Assembly (NCBI GenBank): GCA_017499595.2
Contig: CM039004.1
Coordinates: forward strand, 2,294,001-2,358,000
From: Psilocybe cubensis
Taxonomy: Eukaryota
Length of the DNA stretch: 64,000 nt
Direction of reading: 5' to 3'
The notes under the pieces were generated by a model, which made no database searches, was not told where the DNA came from, and was given only the letters and a program-made list of their open reading frames with translations. Of the stretch, positions 10,496 through 22,890 are shown one piece after another. The position numbers and the translations under genes were made by a program. Position 1 is the stretch's first letter. Each line of letters begins with the position of its first letter.

Positions 10496-12160
10496 CTACT
10501 TGTCCGACTTCTTGATTCCCTTCTCTTCATAAATTTCGTCTAAGGATTCACTGAGAGCTTTGACGACAGTCTCCACATCTCCACGGTCCTGGTTGACTAC
10601 AGACACTCCCATGTGTCCTATTCTGAAGTAAGTATCTGCAAATCTTGTCTCAGTACTGCCCAAAAACTAAGTTTGAAATTGTTTACCTTTGATGCTGGCC
10701 AGTAAGCCACCTGCAACAATAATCCCCTTTTTTCCAAGTCTAGGCAACAAATCGGATGCTTGCACGCCAGTGGGGAAGTAGAGAGCAGTCATTCCATTCG
10801 CAGCCTCCTTATCCTGCAGAGGAACCTGTTTAAAACCCAACGAAGTGGCAGCTGACTTTATCCGCTGAGATGCAGCGCGATGCAAGGCGAAACGCTCAGT
10901 TAATGAAGGAACTAGACACAACTTGCAATTAAAGACCTGATGAATCGAAATATGCAACATACGTACGTGGTGTACCATCTGCTGACTTTGCTTTGGCAGT
11001 AATTAGGGACAACGACGCGTGGAACGCGTAAATTAGATTGACGGGAGGTGTTGCAAAGTAAGCTGGTGATCCGGATTCATATGCTTTCATGATAGGAAGC
11101 CATCTGTTGAATATACGGTTAATTTAGTTTCGAAGCGAGTATGAAGTACGCGCTCACTTTCCCCAGCTTGCATAGTAGCTTCCTTCTCTTACGCCTTTCT
11201 TTTTCCTGTCCACCCATGAGGCAATTGCTCGCTCGCTGGCAACGAGTACGCTCAGTCCAGGAGGGGTTCCCAGTCCCTTCTGACTTGCGGTCAGAACGAC
11301 ATCCAGGCCCCATTCATCGAATTTGATTTCCTCAGACGCAACACTACACACTGCGTCCATGACAATAAGAGTGCTCGGGGAAACACGTCGCACGGTCTCG
11401 GCAATGCGGGCAGCATCTGATAAAACACCGGTTGAAGTATCGACGTGGGTAAATGTGAGCAGTTTGTACGATTTAGCTTTCAGCGCGGATTCGAGTGAAT
11501 CGAAGGGTACGGTGCCCCCGATAGGGGCTTTTAATTGCGTGACATTGGCACCGTATGTCTCGAGGCTGATAAGATGGGGTTAAAGGATAAACTGATTATC
11601 TCAAAAATCCCGACGCACCAGTCTGTGAAGCTATCGCCAAAATAGCCAGTGTTGAGAACGAGAGCATCTTCCCCAGGTTCGATGACGTTGGCTGCAACCT
11701 GTCTCACATTAGATGATGATACTGATATAACTACCCTATACTTACTTGGTCCCATCCAAGTGTACCACTTCCACTGATGAGGAATGGCTGGGCGTTTTGG
11801 GTGAAGAGAACCTCTCTAATCATGCGGATGCAATCTCCAAAGACAGGAATGAAATCTGGGGAGACATGAGACATAGAAGGATGAGCATTGGCGTATAGAA
11901 CGTCATCCGCCACTTCGATAGGGCCAGGGATGCTGTAAAAAATAAGTGTGGGCACGCATGAATATAGGAACGCGACTTACACCAGGAGTCTGAAAGAGAT
12001 AAAATGGGTTATGAATGAGATATGTAAAATGCAAGAGGCGAGACACTGACTTGTGAGGGGCCTGTTTGAAAGTTCCTTGAGCGGACATTTTTCTCGAGAT
12101 GAGAGAGAATGAAGGAGAGAGACGACGGACGAGAAGGGATGGTGATAATATAGAGATCAT
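10496..12160 (-). CDS. Alanine-glyoxylate/serine-pyruvate aminotransferase-like (class V PLP), paralog 1
   Basis: KLLVIPGP (assembled through a 9-nt microexon 11989-11981), SGSGTLGWD, THVDTSTG, DAVCS, TASQKGLG (PLP lysine), YFATPPVNL, FRIGHMG. Ends KGIKKSDK-TAG (10498-10496). Two in-frame ATGs, at 12160 and 12088. Confidence 0.92.
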
Positions 12161-13334
12161 AACACGGCACAACAGGAGACAAAGTGCGCTGGTGACCGTC
12201 TACGGAGCACCGGAACGATTCCTCTCTAAGTCCGGTCTGCCCATTGCCGGCATGATGACTTGCTCAGCCGTCGGAGAACGGTCTTCCGTCGACACAACGG
12301 ATCACTCAGATACACAATGCCGCTCCTATTCCTGACATCATGCCTCAAACTTCAACAACGGGTGACGAGGACAGGGTGCCGAAAATACTTCAAATTTTTG
12401 AGGAAGGCCGTAGATTTTTCAGTTTTCTCACCTCTAATTGAGGGCGCCTCGAGGCATCTAAAAATTCCATGATGTTTTCGACGGGTTGGTCGATTATAAA
12501 TTATGCTTTATTGGAAGGAATATAGCAAAGAAAAACTGGTTAGTCAACAAGAGTATCTTCAATCCAAAAAGTCCGAGCAATTTGCTATTTATATGTGGAT
12601 GCTAGACATACAGTTCTTACCAACACGCACACCTTCAACAAGTTATTTGAAGTAAAGTTTTATGCATTAAACTAGATTAAACTGCAGATTCAAATGGCTT
12701 TGGATTTCGTCACGGCTATGAATTTACAGGCACACGAGGGATAATATTGCTCTGTCCTGATGATCAAATAGACACGCGGAACTATTCTTTGCGATAAACA
12801 TCATTGGTCATGAGCTTGGAATATTTAAGTCTTCATACTCAGGAATGTAGCAACCAAAAAGCAACCATCAACAAAGAGTTCTAGTAGAGTTCTTGACTAT
12901 TTGTTTTTGGGGCCAAGTAGAGCTTGGGTCATGCATGACCTGGCCAGAACTTGCCACATGGTATGAGATGGTAAGAGGCATATCTGAGACCTGGCAATCA
13001 AGCAGGATCAACCATGAATCCTATCCAAAATCACCCAATATTCATTGAATCCTCGACTTAATAGATACCGATCATGGCCGTTCAGTCCACTTGTAAAATT
13101 AGCGCCCTTCGGGGTTATTTATACACTTCGCAAAACGGAGTAAGAATAAGTGAAATTGCTCATGAAGTGTTCGTAAAAAATATTTATTTTAGTCTGTATA
13201 TTTGGTCACATCTGATGAAAGCCGAAGAAAATCTTTTCGCCTTCACTTGATTCTTAGGACCGTCTCTTCAAAACTGACTTCAAGGCTTCAGAAAGAAAGG
13301 TATATATTACAAATAACATAATATACTTCTGCCC

Positions 13335-13421
13335 TCTCAGAAAGCCCAGTTGGTATGATGCCCGTTGTCGAAATGCATTGACAGGTATGCGAGGTCGAAG
13401 GTTCGAACCCGCCTGGTGCAA
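13335..13421 (+). other. tRNA-like relic (A-box/B-box-like motifs, poor stems)
   Basis: agcccagttggta at 13343-13355 and GGTTCGAACCC at 13400-13410, but the acceptor and T stems pair poorly. Confidence 0.2.
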
Positions 13422-13791
13422 TTAATCGAATGGCACCCAACGAGAGTGGTAGGCTAAGTGAGCCTTCAGGCATGCGGGGCCCATAACCCACGTTCGGTCA
13501 GAGTAACGACCAGGAAAGTCCACAAGAGATTAGTGGCAAGAGATGTCCAGAAGAGATATACTGGCAGAGATAAGGATGTAGGAGAACAAAAACTCCGAAC
13601 CTTTTTGGCCGGCTGATCAACAATTTTGGATTCCTCCGAGGTAAATCTTTTGCTACCATTCCCATCCATCCCAAGGCTGTTCTCTAGTGGATTTTGCTTA
13701 CTGTTTGTTATACTACGTTCATACAGTATTGATTTTGAAACTACCATTATAGCCTTGCAAAACAGGGACCCTGAGGCGAAGAACTTTATTG

Positions 13792-16321
13792 TTAACGCCC
13801 TGCCACTATACGCCCCGGGTCATTTTGAGCAATACTGCTCATGTGGGTACTACCAGCGATTAGTGAGATAGCCTTCTGCATCTCAGTCCACTCTGAATCC
13901 CGAGGAAACGCCATATCACCAATGTCATACACATATAAGCGCCCGTCACTCCCTCCCAATCCAACCCTCCGACCTTCTTTCCTGTCCCACTTGAGCTTGT
14001 TGATAGCCCGACCGGATCCCACAATTGTGGATACGATGGGGACCTAGAGCAATAGTCATGAGCCTATTGGTTCGCATGGGGATCAGGTTAAAAATATGTA
14101 CCTCAGTGTCTACATTCAGATTCCACAAATCAAACTTGCCAGATCCATCAACTGAACCGAACATTGCTGGATGTGCAGGATGCCATTTGACATCATACAC
14201 ATAATCGTTGGCCTCTTCGAAAGAATGTAATGGGTTTATGACCTGAGGCGTTGTCGATGGCTTCGTCAGCGACTTCGAGCGCCACAGCTTGATCGTCCAA
14301 TCGACTGAGCTGGTTAAAAACAAGTCCGAAAAGTCAACGGGCCCGGCAAGAGGATGAAAGTGCAGTGCCATAATAGGACCTCCGTGGCCCCTATACACAT
14401 CGAATTGGTTGAGCCCGGCTTTGGCTCCTGCGCGATCGTATCGGTTCGCTTGGTAGATGTTACCCTCCTCTGTGCCCACCATGAAGGCTGTAGTTTCGCT
14501 GTGCCTGAAGTCGAGTGATGTGATAGCGACATCTGCTGTTTTGTTGTGTCCAGAATGTACCAAAGAAAGTGTTTCCTGAGATGTAAACGGATCAGCGCTT
14601 TCCCTTATATTCTAGGTTGAGAAGCATACCTGAGGCTGAGCTAGCATATCGACTAGCCAACTGCACACAGTGCCATCTGTGCTGCTGGTTATTAAGTTGT
14701 GGGCATTTTGGGTGCCCACCATTTGCATTGCATATACAGGATGAGTATGCCCTGTCGAAGACAGTGGCGTTTTCAGAACAGGAAGCTGTTTCGACCGCGT
14801 ATCCCATAAAAGAATCTGCCCCGCATATGTCCCTCCAAAAATTAGATTGGGGTGGAATGGTGAGAACAACACTGAAAGGACGTCCGACTATATCGAGTAA
14901 ATATAGCTTATAAAGAAAACAGAAGTAAGAGACCCACAGGGGAATGGAAGATAAACTCTGGGCGCTCCATCAAATGCATATTCCAGATGGCTACAATGCC
15001 ATCTGGCTCATCTAGAGCGGCCGGGTTCTTATTATAGGAGGCCACACTCAGTTCTGGGTACTTTATGAAGCGTTTGTCAGATACAGTTCATAAAACGATG
15101 AGAAAAAGACTGGTATAATCACCTTCGGTGACCAATCTATATCTGTAATGGAGCGATTCTTTCCGTGACGTTCATCCCAGAATTCGCACACAAGTTTGAC
15201 ACGTCTTCCTTCATAGTTCTCCCTATATAGTCATCAAAATTGTGCATGTAGGTCAATTATTATGGCTTACCCTCCTTCACTAGCTTCATTATAATCACGA
15301 GCATAGTCATAGTCATTGAGCACTCTCTGAACAAATTTGGACGACTGCTCTACGAATTCAAGGAATTCAGGAGCATTGAGTATACTGGCCCTCTCTTCTT
15401 CGGAAAGCTCTGTAAAGGGACGTTTAGTGCTCGAACTATAATACAGATTGGCCTTCCATTGACTACTAACCGCGAATTTCGTTTTCAATCTCTCTGTCGA
15501 GTTTAGCATTCTCTTCCTCTAGCTCCAGTGCTTCTTGTGCTTTGATATCGTCCTCAATGCCCAGGGTCTTGATAATAGATTTTGGGATATCAACAACCTC
15601 GTCAGGTAGTGGGGTCACGGTAACCTCAACGAATGCTGTCTGGACTTCTTTACTATACATGACGCGCTCCTAGCATAACAGTGTTGAACTTTGCGCACAT
15701 GCAGGAACCCGGTTAACTTGGCCTACAAACCTTTTGAGGATACTCGTACAACTCTTGTTCGATATCGATCAGGCTCGTGAACCTTTTAGGTATGAGGATT
15801 CTGTTCAAGAAAAGGTGAAATTTGGTGCCATGATCACATTATAAGTAAGAGAGAAAGAAATTACCTCTCCACATTGTTATCTGTCGACGCATCGCTCATC
15901 ATTGGGAAAGTTCCTCCGTTGTTAGGCCTGATATCTGGGAAATCACTTTGCCTACTCTCTCTTCCCGAACCAGAACTCGACAGTCCGCTGGTATCGCCAG
16001 GGATGGTTATATGCCGTCCAACAGCCGGGGTTTCTGGTCTTGACACTGAAGGAGATGGTACTTTGTCGACCTCTGTCCCGTCTCCTCCACTGGGACCAAG
16101 AACAATATCGACTATCCTGCGCACCTCCGCATCTGATACAGATGGACGCGATGGCTAATACGAAGGTGAAAAACAACGGTCACGATTAGGTTACAAGTGT
16201 CTGAGCGTACTGAGCTTGGGCCTCGCGACTCTAAAAGTCCGCGCTGGCGGTCCTCTCTTGCTTTTCGCAGTGCAGCAAGCTTCGCCTTTTTCTCTTCCAT
16301 CTCCTGGCGTAATTTACTCAT
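13792..16321 (-). CDS. Cytoplasmic dynein intermediate chain (WD40), copy 2; multi-exon
   Basis: [62 protein letters not shown]; ends RIVAGR-TAA like copy 1. Intron positions parallel copy 1. Confidence 0.92.
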
Positions 16322-17296
16322 GTTGAAAGTGCGAGGCCCACGGGTGGCAGCAGTTTGATATGATGACCGCGTATATCGTCCTTTGAATAGTCTGACGCGC
16401 CGGAGTTGAACATTGAACTGCAGTGGCAGTGCTTAATTAAGCTTCGTTTGACATCAAGGCCGTGCGACAGAGCTCGGACTTCGGAGAGTTACGCCTGATC
16501 CGCACATGCTCCCAATTATCTCAATACACATTGCTGCTGTCAAGACTACCTATACCAATGACAAAACAAAGTAAATACTCTTTTGAAGTACATGAGTATT
16601 CTTCACCAATCAGCTTACATCTTTGAACTAATCTATATATAGATCATATATCGCCGTCGCTGAAACTGAGAGAGAAGGAGAAAATCTACTCATAGCTATT
16701 CTCTAGTTGTACAAGTATGTCTACGGATATTTTCGCATGATATTAATTGTAATACATAATAGTACTTGCAAACTTCCCTTTCACTTTCTCAAACAGGCTC
16801 CTACGCTCCATCAAGCCCGACTCGGAGCAGGCAGATCTCCAACTCTTGCTGGTCATACCAAAAATTGTATCTATGTTGCTCAATATAATGGGATATATAA
16901 TGTATTCACTTGGGTCATCACTAAAGTCTGTTGTGGCGAGTTTATTCTGAAAATATACTAGAAGAAGCTGTGCACCTGGCAGACCCGGGGAAAGTAATTG
17001 GGGCAACTGATGAAGAGGTAAAACGCATTAGAGAGTTAAGCTTCACAGTAAATACACTCTCTTGCCCATATATTGATTCTATCCACTGCCTGACGCAGCT
17101 GCCCATCCTTTGCCCATTAGACAAATCAACTTGACCATAAAAGGTGCTTTATTATCCGAAACGGGATGCCAAGTGATTAGTGAAGATATCACGTGCATAA
17201 GTGTTTAGCTTCCGAACAACACAGAGCAAAACAAACGCCTCTATTGCAACTGGGAAGCAACCATTGGCTAAGTTCAACGCGGTTGCGTCAGACAAA

Positions 17297-18656
17297 ATGT
17301 CGAGTTTTGGTGCGCTTCATGTTTTGCATAGCTGGCCAGTACTAATTGGCGAAATCTTCGCAGATGAACTGAGCTACACTACTCCTCCATCGCCACCATT
17401 CGACAGCATCTCTTCCATACGATACTCACCCACAAATCCTGACCAATTGTTGGTCTCTTCGTGGGATGCGGTGCGTGTTATCTCTTCCATGATCTACGTG
17501 TTGCATACTTATGTATAAGCTTAGACAGTTCGGTTCTATGAAATTGGAGAAAGTGGCGTAAAACAAAGCGAGGCAAAGGCCAAATTTGACCATCGAGCAG
17601 CGGTCCTTGCATGCTCGTTCTCTTCAGATGCAGCGCGCGGCTACAGCGGTGGCCTAGATACGGCTGTTCGAGAGTTAGTTATACGCATATCAGTTATCCT
17701 CAAGGACTTTGCTCACTGTCTGCTTATAACCGATCAGACTCGACCTGTCTACCGAGAAAATAACCAACCTCGGCACACACAATGATTCGATTTCTTCAAT
17801 GACCTTTACGAACACAAATAGTGCGTTCTTCTTTCTGTGTTTTTTCATGTTTCATATACATTATTTTCCTCCAGATGCGCTTATCACCGGTTCGTGGGAT
17901 CGTTCAATTCGTTTTTGGGACCCTCGCGCAGCAACTCCCCAACAAAGCATGCATTCCACTCCTGAACGAATATACGCCATCGACCACGTCAATAGCACCC
18001 TAGTTGTAGCAATGGCTAGTCGATTATTTCACATATATGATATCAGAAAAATGGATAAACCGGCGCAGGAAAGGGAGAGCAGCTTGAAATACATGACAAG
18101 GTCTTTGGCATGCATGCCTGATGGCCAAGGTCAGTTCTCGGTGATTGTTGTTGATTACATACTGAAGATTATCAATTTATATGTAGGTTACGCGACGGCC
18201 TCCGTTGAGGGACGCATAGCTGTAGAATACTTTGATCCATCCCCAGCATCCCAAGAGAAGAAATATGCTTTCAAGTGCCACCGACAAACTATCAATGACG
18301 TCGATCACGTCTGGCCCGTGAACTCCTTGGCCTTCCACCCCGTATATAATACTTTTGCATCAGCTGGTTCCGATGGTACGGTGTCAATTTGGGACCACAA
18401 GGTCAAAAAGCGTCTGAGGCAGTATCCCAAATATCCCGGGCCTGTGTCAGCTGTTGCATTTAACTGTGACGGTTCCAAGATAGCGGTTGGGGTCAGTTAT
18501 ACGTGGGATGAAGGTGAGGCCGGACAAAAGGCAAATGCAATTACGCCATGGATCGGAGTGAGGAAGATCGGAGACGAAGTAAAGGTGTGTACAAATCTTC
18601 ATATTTCCATACTATATGTCTAATATCTTGTCTAGCCAAAATCTTGGGCTGGCTAA
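17297..18656 (+). CDS. BUB3: Spindle checkpoint WD40 protein Bub3
   Basis: DSISSIRYSP, LLVSSWD, RESSLKYMTR, SVEGRIAVEYFDPS, KKYAFKCHR, VNSLAFHP, TFASAGSDG, WDHKVKKRLRQY; last exon PKSWAG-TAA. The KYAFKCHR and EGRIAVEY motifs fit Bub3 better than Rae1/Gle2. Confidence 0.88.
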
Positions 18657-20269
18657 ATTAGTGTGCCTTTTACTCATTGATGTCCAATTCTCTATTTTAT
18701 AAATTTTATGACGTAGTTACAGCTTTCGCGACGCATCTAAAAAGGTGGTACGCATATTATGCCATGTGTCTCTATTTTGCTCAGAGACAATGTACCTATA
18801 GGACACCCAAGGCTTCGCTTGAATTCGTGTTGTAATGCTTGCTCGGTGAATGCGCAGTTCCTAATCTGAACCCAACATTTTCAATGCCCTCAGGGCATCA
18901 ATACAAATCCCGAGAACGTCATGTTCAGCACTTTTCTAGTGGCTGAAACTTGAAATATTGGATTGAATATAGGTTGATCAAAAGTGAGTGACGCAGTGCG
19001 TTATTTTCGAGCTCTGGCGGGGACTATCTCCTTTACGTATGACTTTACAAAATTTTGCGAAGTGTCAGCAAAACAGTGGCTTAGTGCCAATTCAGCATTC
19101 TTCATTGTTCCAAATCTTGCTCAATCCTGTCCGATGTTAGGAAGCATCAACGTTATATCACTACCCCTTACTTCTCCTCGTGGTCCCCTGCGCATATACA
19201 AAAGTCTTTCTCATGAAATGACGCAAGTGATTAATCAGTTTTAATTTTCGTTCCGGTGACGGTACCAATAACTTCAGGTATTGTTCTTTTAATTTTGTAG
19301 CATAATGGAATATGGTCCTCATTTATTAACAGCATATGCTCCTGTTATTTCGAAAGGTTAATTCAAAAAGAATTGGATTTCAGAGCTCCGTCACCTTCGG
19401 GGTATGCTCTATGTCCTGCAGTTCTATCTATTCCCTAATTTTAGGACAGATGTGTATGTTTTACTTTACGACAGTCGACACAAGAATCCCTGCCAAGCTT
19501 GTGTGGAGTATCACAACTGATATGCACCGCTGTGTGAACTCTGGCTCTCCACAAAACGTCTGAATGTAATCTATCAGACATACAGTTGATCTGCAATTTC
19601 CTAACAACTGTCAATGACTGCGTGGGAAATCACACACCGGTAACAAGATCCTGAAGCGTTAAATCCTTTACTTACGTCTGACGAAAATCTAGATCAAGGG
19701 ATGGCTTACTCAACGCAATTTCATGTTACTTAACTCCTTCCATGCGAGCTGTAAAGTGATATCAACTTCTAACGTCCGAACTATCTCGGTGGTGGTAGAC
19801 TCAACCTGCTCAATATGTTGATTGTCTTTCAACCAGACGAACAAAACGAACTGGGATACGATTCATTCCTTTTTCTTGAACCGAAATGGTGAAGTCGCTG
19901 GCAACTTATGCCAATGAGGAACGTCAATTTGAATCGACCGCCACGAAATGTCATAATTCCAAGATTGTGAGAGCACGGTGGTATGTCATCACTACTTCGT
20001 GCAAAGACCCTAAAGTGTCTAACGGTACCTTATTCTACTCAAATACTAGGACATCTTCCGCCAATATCTGGTAGGCAGCCTTCAGATTATCACATTATTT
20101 CCTTTTGTCAAAATTAGTACGGCTTGACCGCTGAAACGATTTTTCCTTTTAACTTTCCGGAGAAAACTTTTAGTCACATTCCATCGAGCACCGAAGCGAA
20201 GCGAGGAGGAGGGCATATAAAGGAGAGTTAAGGAATCAGTACTGCAGTAATCCTCCTCTTTTTATCGCA

Positions 20270-22315
20270 ATGTTCTCCAGCATGAGGATAGTTGCCTTTT
20301 TGTCTGCGACTATTCCCTTTGCTGTAGGCGCCGTACCAGGCGCCCCTCTGCTTGAACATAGAACCCTCTTGCCTGATCCTGTCTGTCTGCAGATTGCTGG
20401 AGCTATATCACCTGCTAGTGATGTATATTATGTTGGTGAGATGAGAGTGTGCATCTGCCAGGATGAAATCTGACTCCATCCCGTAAAAGGCCATCCGTTA
20501 TACGCCAAGGGTATATACCACTGGGCTAGTTCTAGCACTCAAGTGGCAAAGTGCGTGGTTGAACCGGGAACAGCTGCTGACGTTGCTATCACTGTTCGTG
20601 TCTTGAAATTGTGTGCATTATGCTGATGTCACTGACTTCTGTATGTCTTGAAGCTCGGGATATTAGGCAGCACAAGTACCCCATTTGCAGTAAATCTCCT
20701 CCGGTTCCTAATTGGTAGTCGAGTCGCTTAAATTTTTCTAGGTGAAAGGGGGAGGCCATGCATCAAATCCAGGTTATTCTTCGACCGAAGGTGTCATGAT
20801 TGCCATGTTTCGCTTCTCTGAGGTTACGTACGATGCGGCATCACAAACTGCTGTAATTGGCGCTGGACTAATTTGGGACGACGTGTATGCGGCACTGGAA
20901 CCTTTCAATGTCAACGTTGTTGGGGGCCGCGTCACAGGTGTTGGTGTAGCTGGTTTCATTCTAGGAGGAGGTATGTTTCGCCCTTAAAGTGATGCGGCAT
21001 AGGCAAATGACGCAACTGTTACTTACAGGCTACTCCTGGAAAACAAATCAATACGGATTGACTATCGATACTGTCACTGCATTTGAACTGGTGAAGCCTA
21101 ATGGAAACATCGTCACTGTAACACAGACATCCGATCCAAACCTTTTCTTTGGGCTGAAAGTAAGTCATTGGAAATATTTATGTTTGCCTTAAATTCATAG
21201 ACAATATCCAGGGAGGGTTCAATAACTTCGTAAGTCAATAACTCAATAAATTTTGCATCCCTTTCTCACAGTTGGTTTTAAAAGGGAATTGTAACTCGCT
21301 TTACTCTACAGACCTTCCCTCAAACCCAAGTTTGGGTACGTGCTTCGATGGACTCTTGCATTGCTGATATCTTCTAATACCAAACCATGTAAACTTTAGG
21401 GCGGATTGATTACAATTACCGCACCTTTTATTCCTCAAGTGGCTGCGGCAACTGCTGCTTTTGGTTCCTCTGTCACTGATCCAAAGGCTGGAATTATCAC
21501 GACCTATAACTTCTTGGCCGGTTCAGTGAGTCGTTTCAGAAAGTAAGTTGAGATGTACGTATCTGACGTACATCTTGCGGGATGTAGCCTGGAATCTCCC
21601 AACTTCTCTTCTATGATGGGCCAAACCCTCCGCCTGGAATCTTCGACGACTTCCTCTCTATCCCTTTCTTAACTAAAGATGTGAAAACGAGGAGTTTCAA
21701 GTCTCTTGTTCAGTCATCCCCAGCTAATGCTACGGCTGGTACTCGGTGTGTATTATTAGCCCTTTTGGCTGGCAGTATTCCAACAACAATTTTAGGGCTA
21801 TTTTTAACACAGTGTCTGTTCTCTCCTTTACACCAACACTCCTTGACGTTATTTTGAATGAAACAGTGGTCGGTACTTTATCACTTCTGTCTAATCGTTG
21901 ATTGAAAGTTTTGCAGTTCTGGGGGACCACCCTGTCCTTGAAGAGCGGTGTTTTCATCTCATATGACGTCGAACCATTCCTTCCTTCCATCTATAGTCAT
22001 AACTTGCAACCCACCGCATTCCCACCAGTTCGCTCGTTAGGCCTTTTACCATTCAACATCTATTACGCTTGGGTGTCATCGATCTTTGATGATGATTTCC
22101 ATGATGCTGCTAGGCAGAGTGCTGCCACCGTGTACAATGCTGCAATATCTGAGGGGCAATCCAGTCTTCAAGGTGCTCCTGTCTATCCAAACTATGCTAT
22201 TTTCGATACCCCACTTTCGGACATCTACGGCAACAATCTTCCTGCCCTTCAAAGCTTGAAAGCCTCAGTTGACCCAAATAATGTTATGGGGCTTGCAGGA
22301 GGTTGGAAACTATGA
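20270..22315 (+). CDS. Secreted FAD-linked oxidoreductase (FAD_binding_4 / berberine-bridge-like, AA7-like)
   Basis: Signal-peptide-like start MFSSMRIVAFLSATIPFAVGA; KGGGH FAD-attachment His motif; GVGVAGFILGGGYSW; LFFGLKGGFNNFGIVT; C-terminal YPNYA...LKASVDPNNV. TATAAAA near 20216. Many short introns. Confidence 0.88.
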
Positions 22316-22890
22316 GGATGATATAACTTAATAGTTTTAGAATTGTTTTTATACCCATGGTTTATATATTGATGGTTAAATTTTTGGTGCTAAATAGCAT
22401 AAACCAAAACACATTGACCATGCTGCATGCATGACTTTTCAACTAAAAATAGACGAGCGCCTAACCCTCAAACCGCAAAGAAAGAAGAACACATGCATCA
22501 ACCGGGTTAGACAGCACAGCAGGAATATATACGGTATAAAAAAGAGCTGCCTATTGGTTGGATGATTTTACCTAGATTTCTTGTGGTTGACGGTCTCTTG
22601 AAAGCTGTAATTCATGGTCAATGTCGTCGAGCAATGTCCGTGAGAGAAACAGAGTGAGATGTTCATGAGTGCTATATCATCTTTCGAATTTGGCATCCCA
22701 AAGGACGAGCATTAACGATTGATTTTGATATAACCATCAAGTTACTTATCTTTGCATGGACTCATACCAACAATATATGTACTTACAGCTGTCCCAGACA
22801 TTTATTTGTTCAGAAGCCTCGTAGCTTTTTATACAACTGTAATAACAGTAATACACAATATTGATACAGTATCATTAGTCTGTCTGGTCT

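Noticed and set aside
10420-10498. Cryptic PTS1 on AGT paralog 1 through stop-codon readthrough
   Set aside because: The stop context is TAG-AGA rather than TGA-CTA, and the readthrough extension would end -KHIP, not a PTS1.
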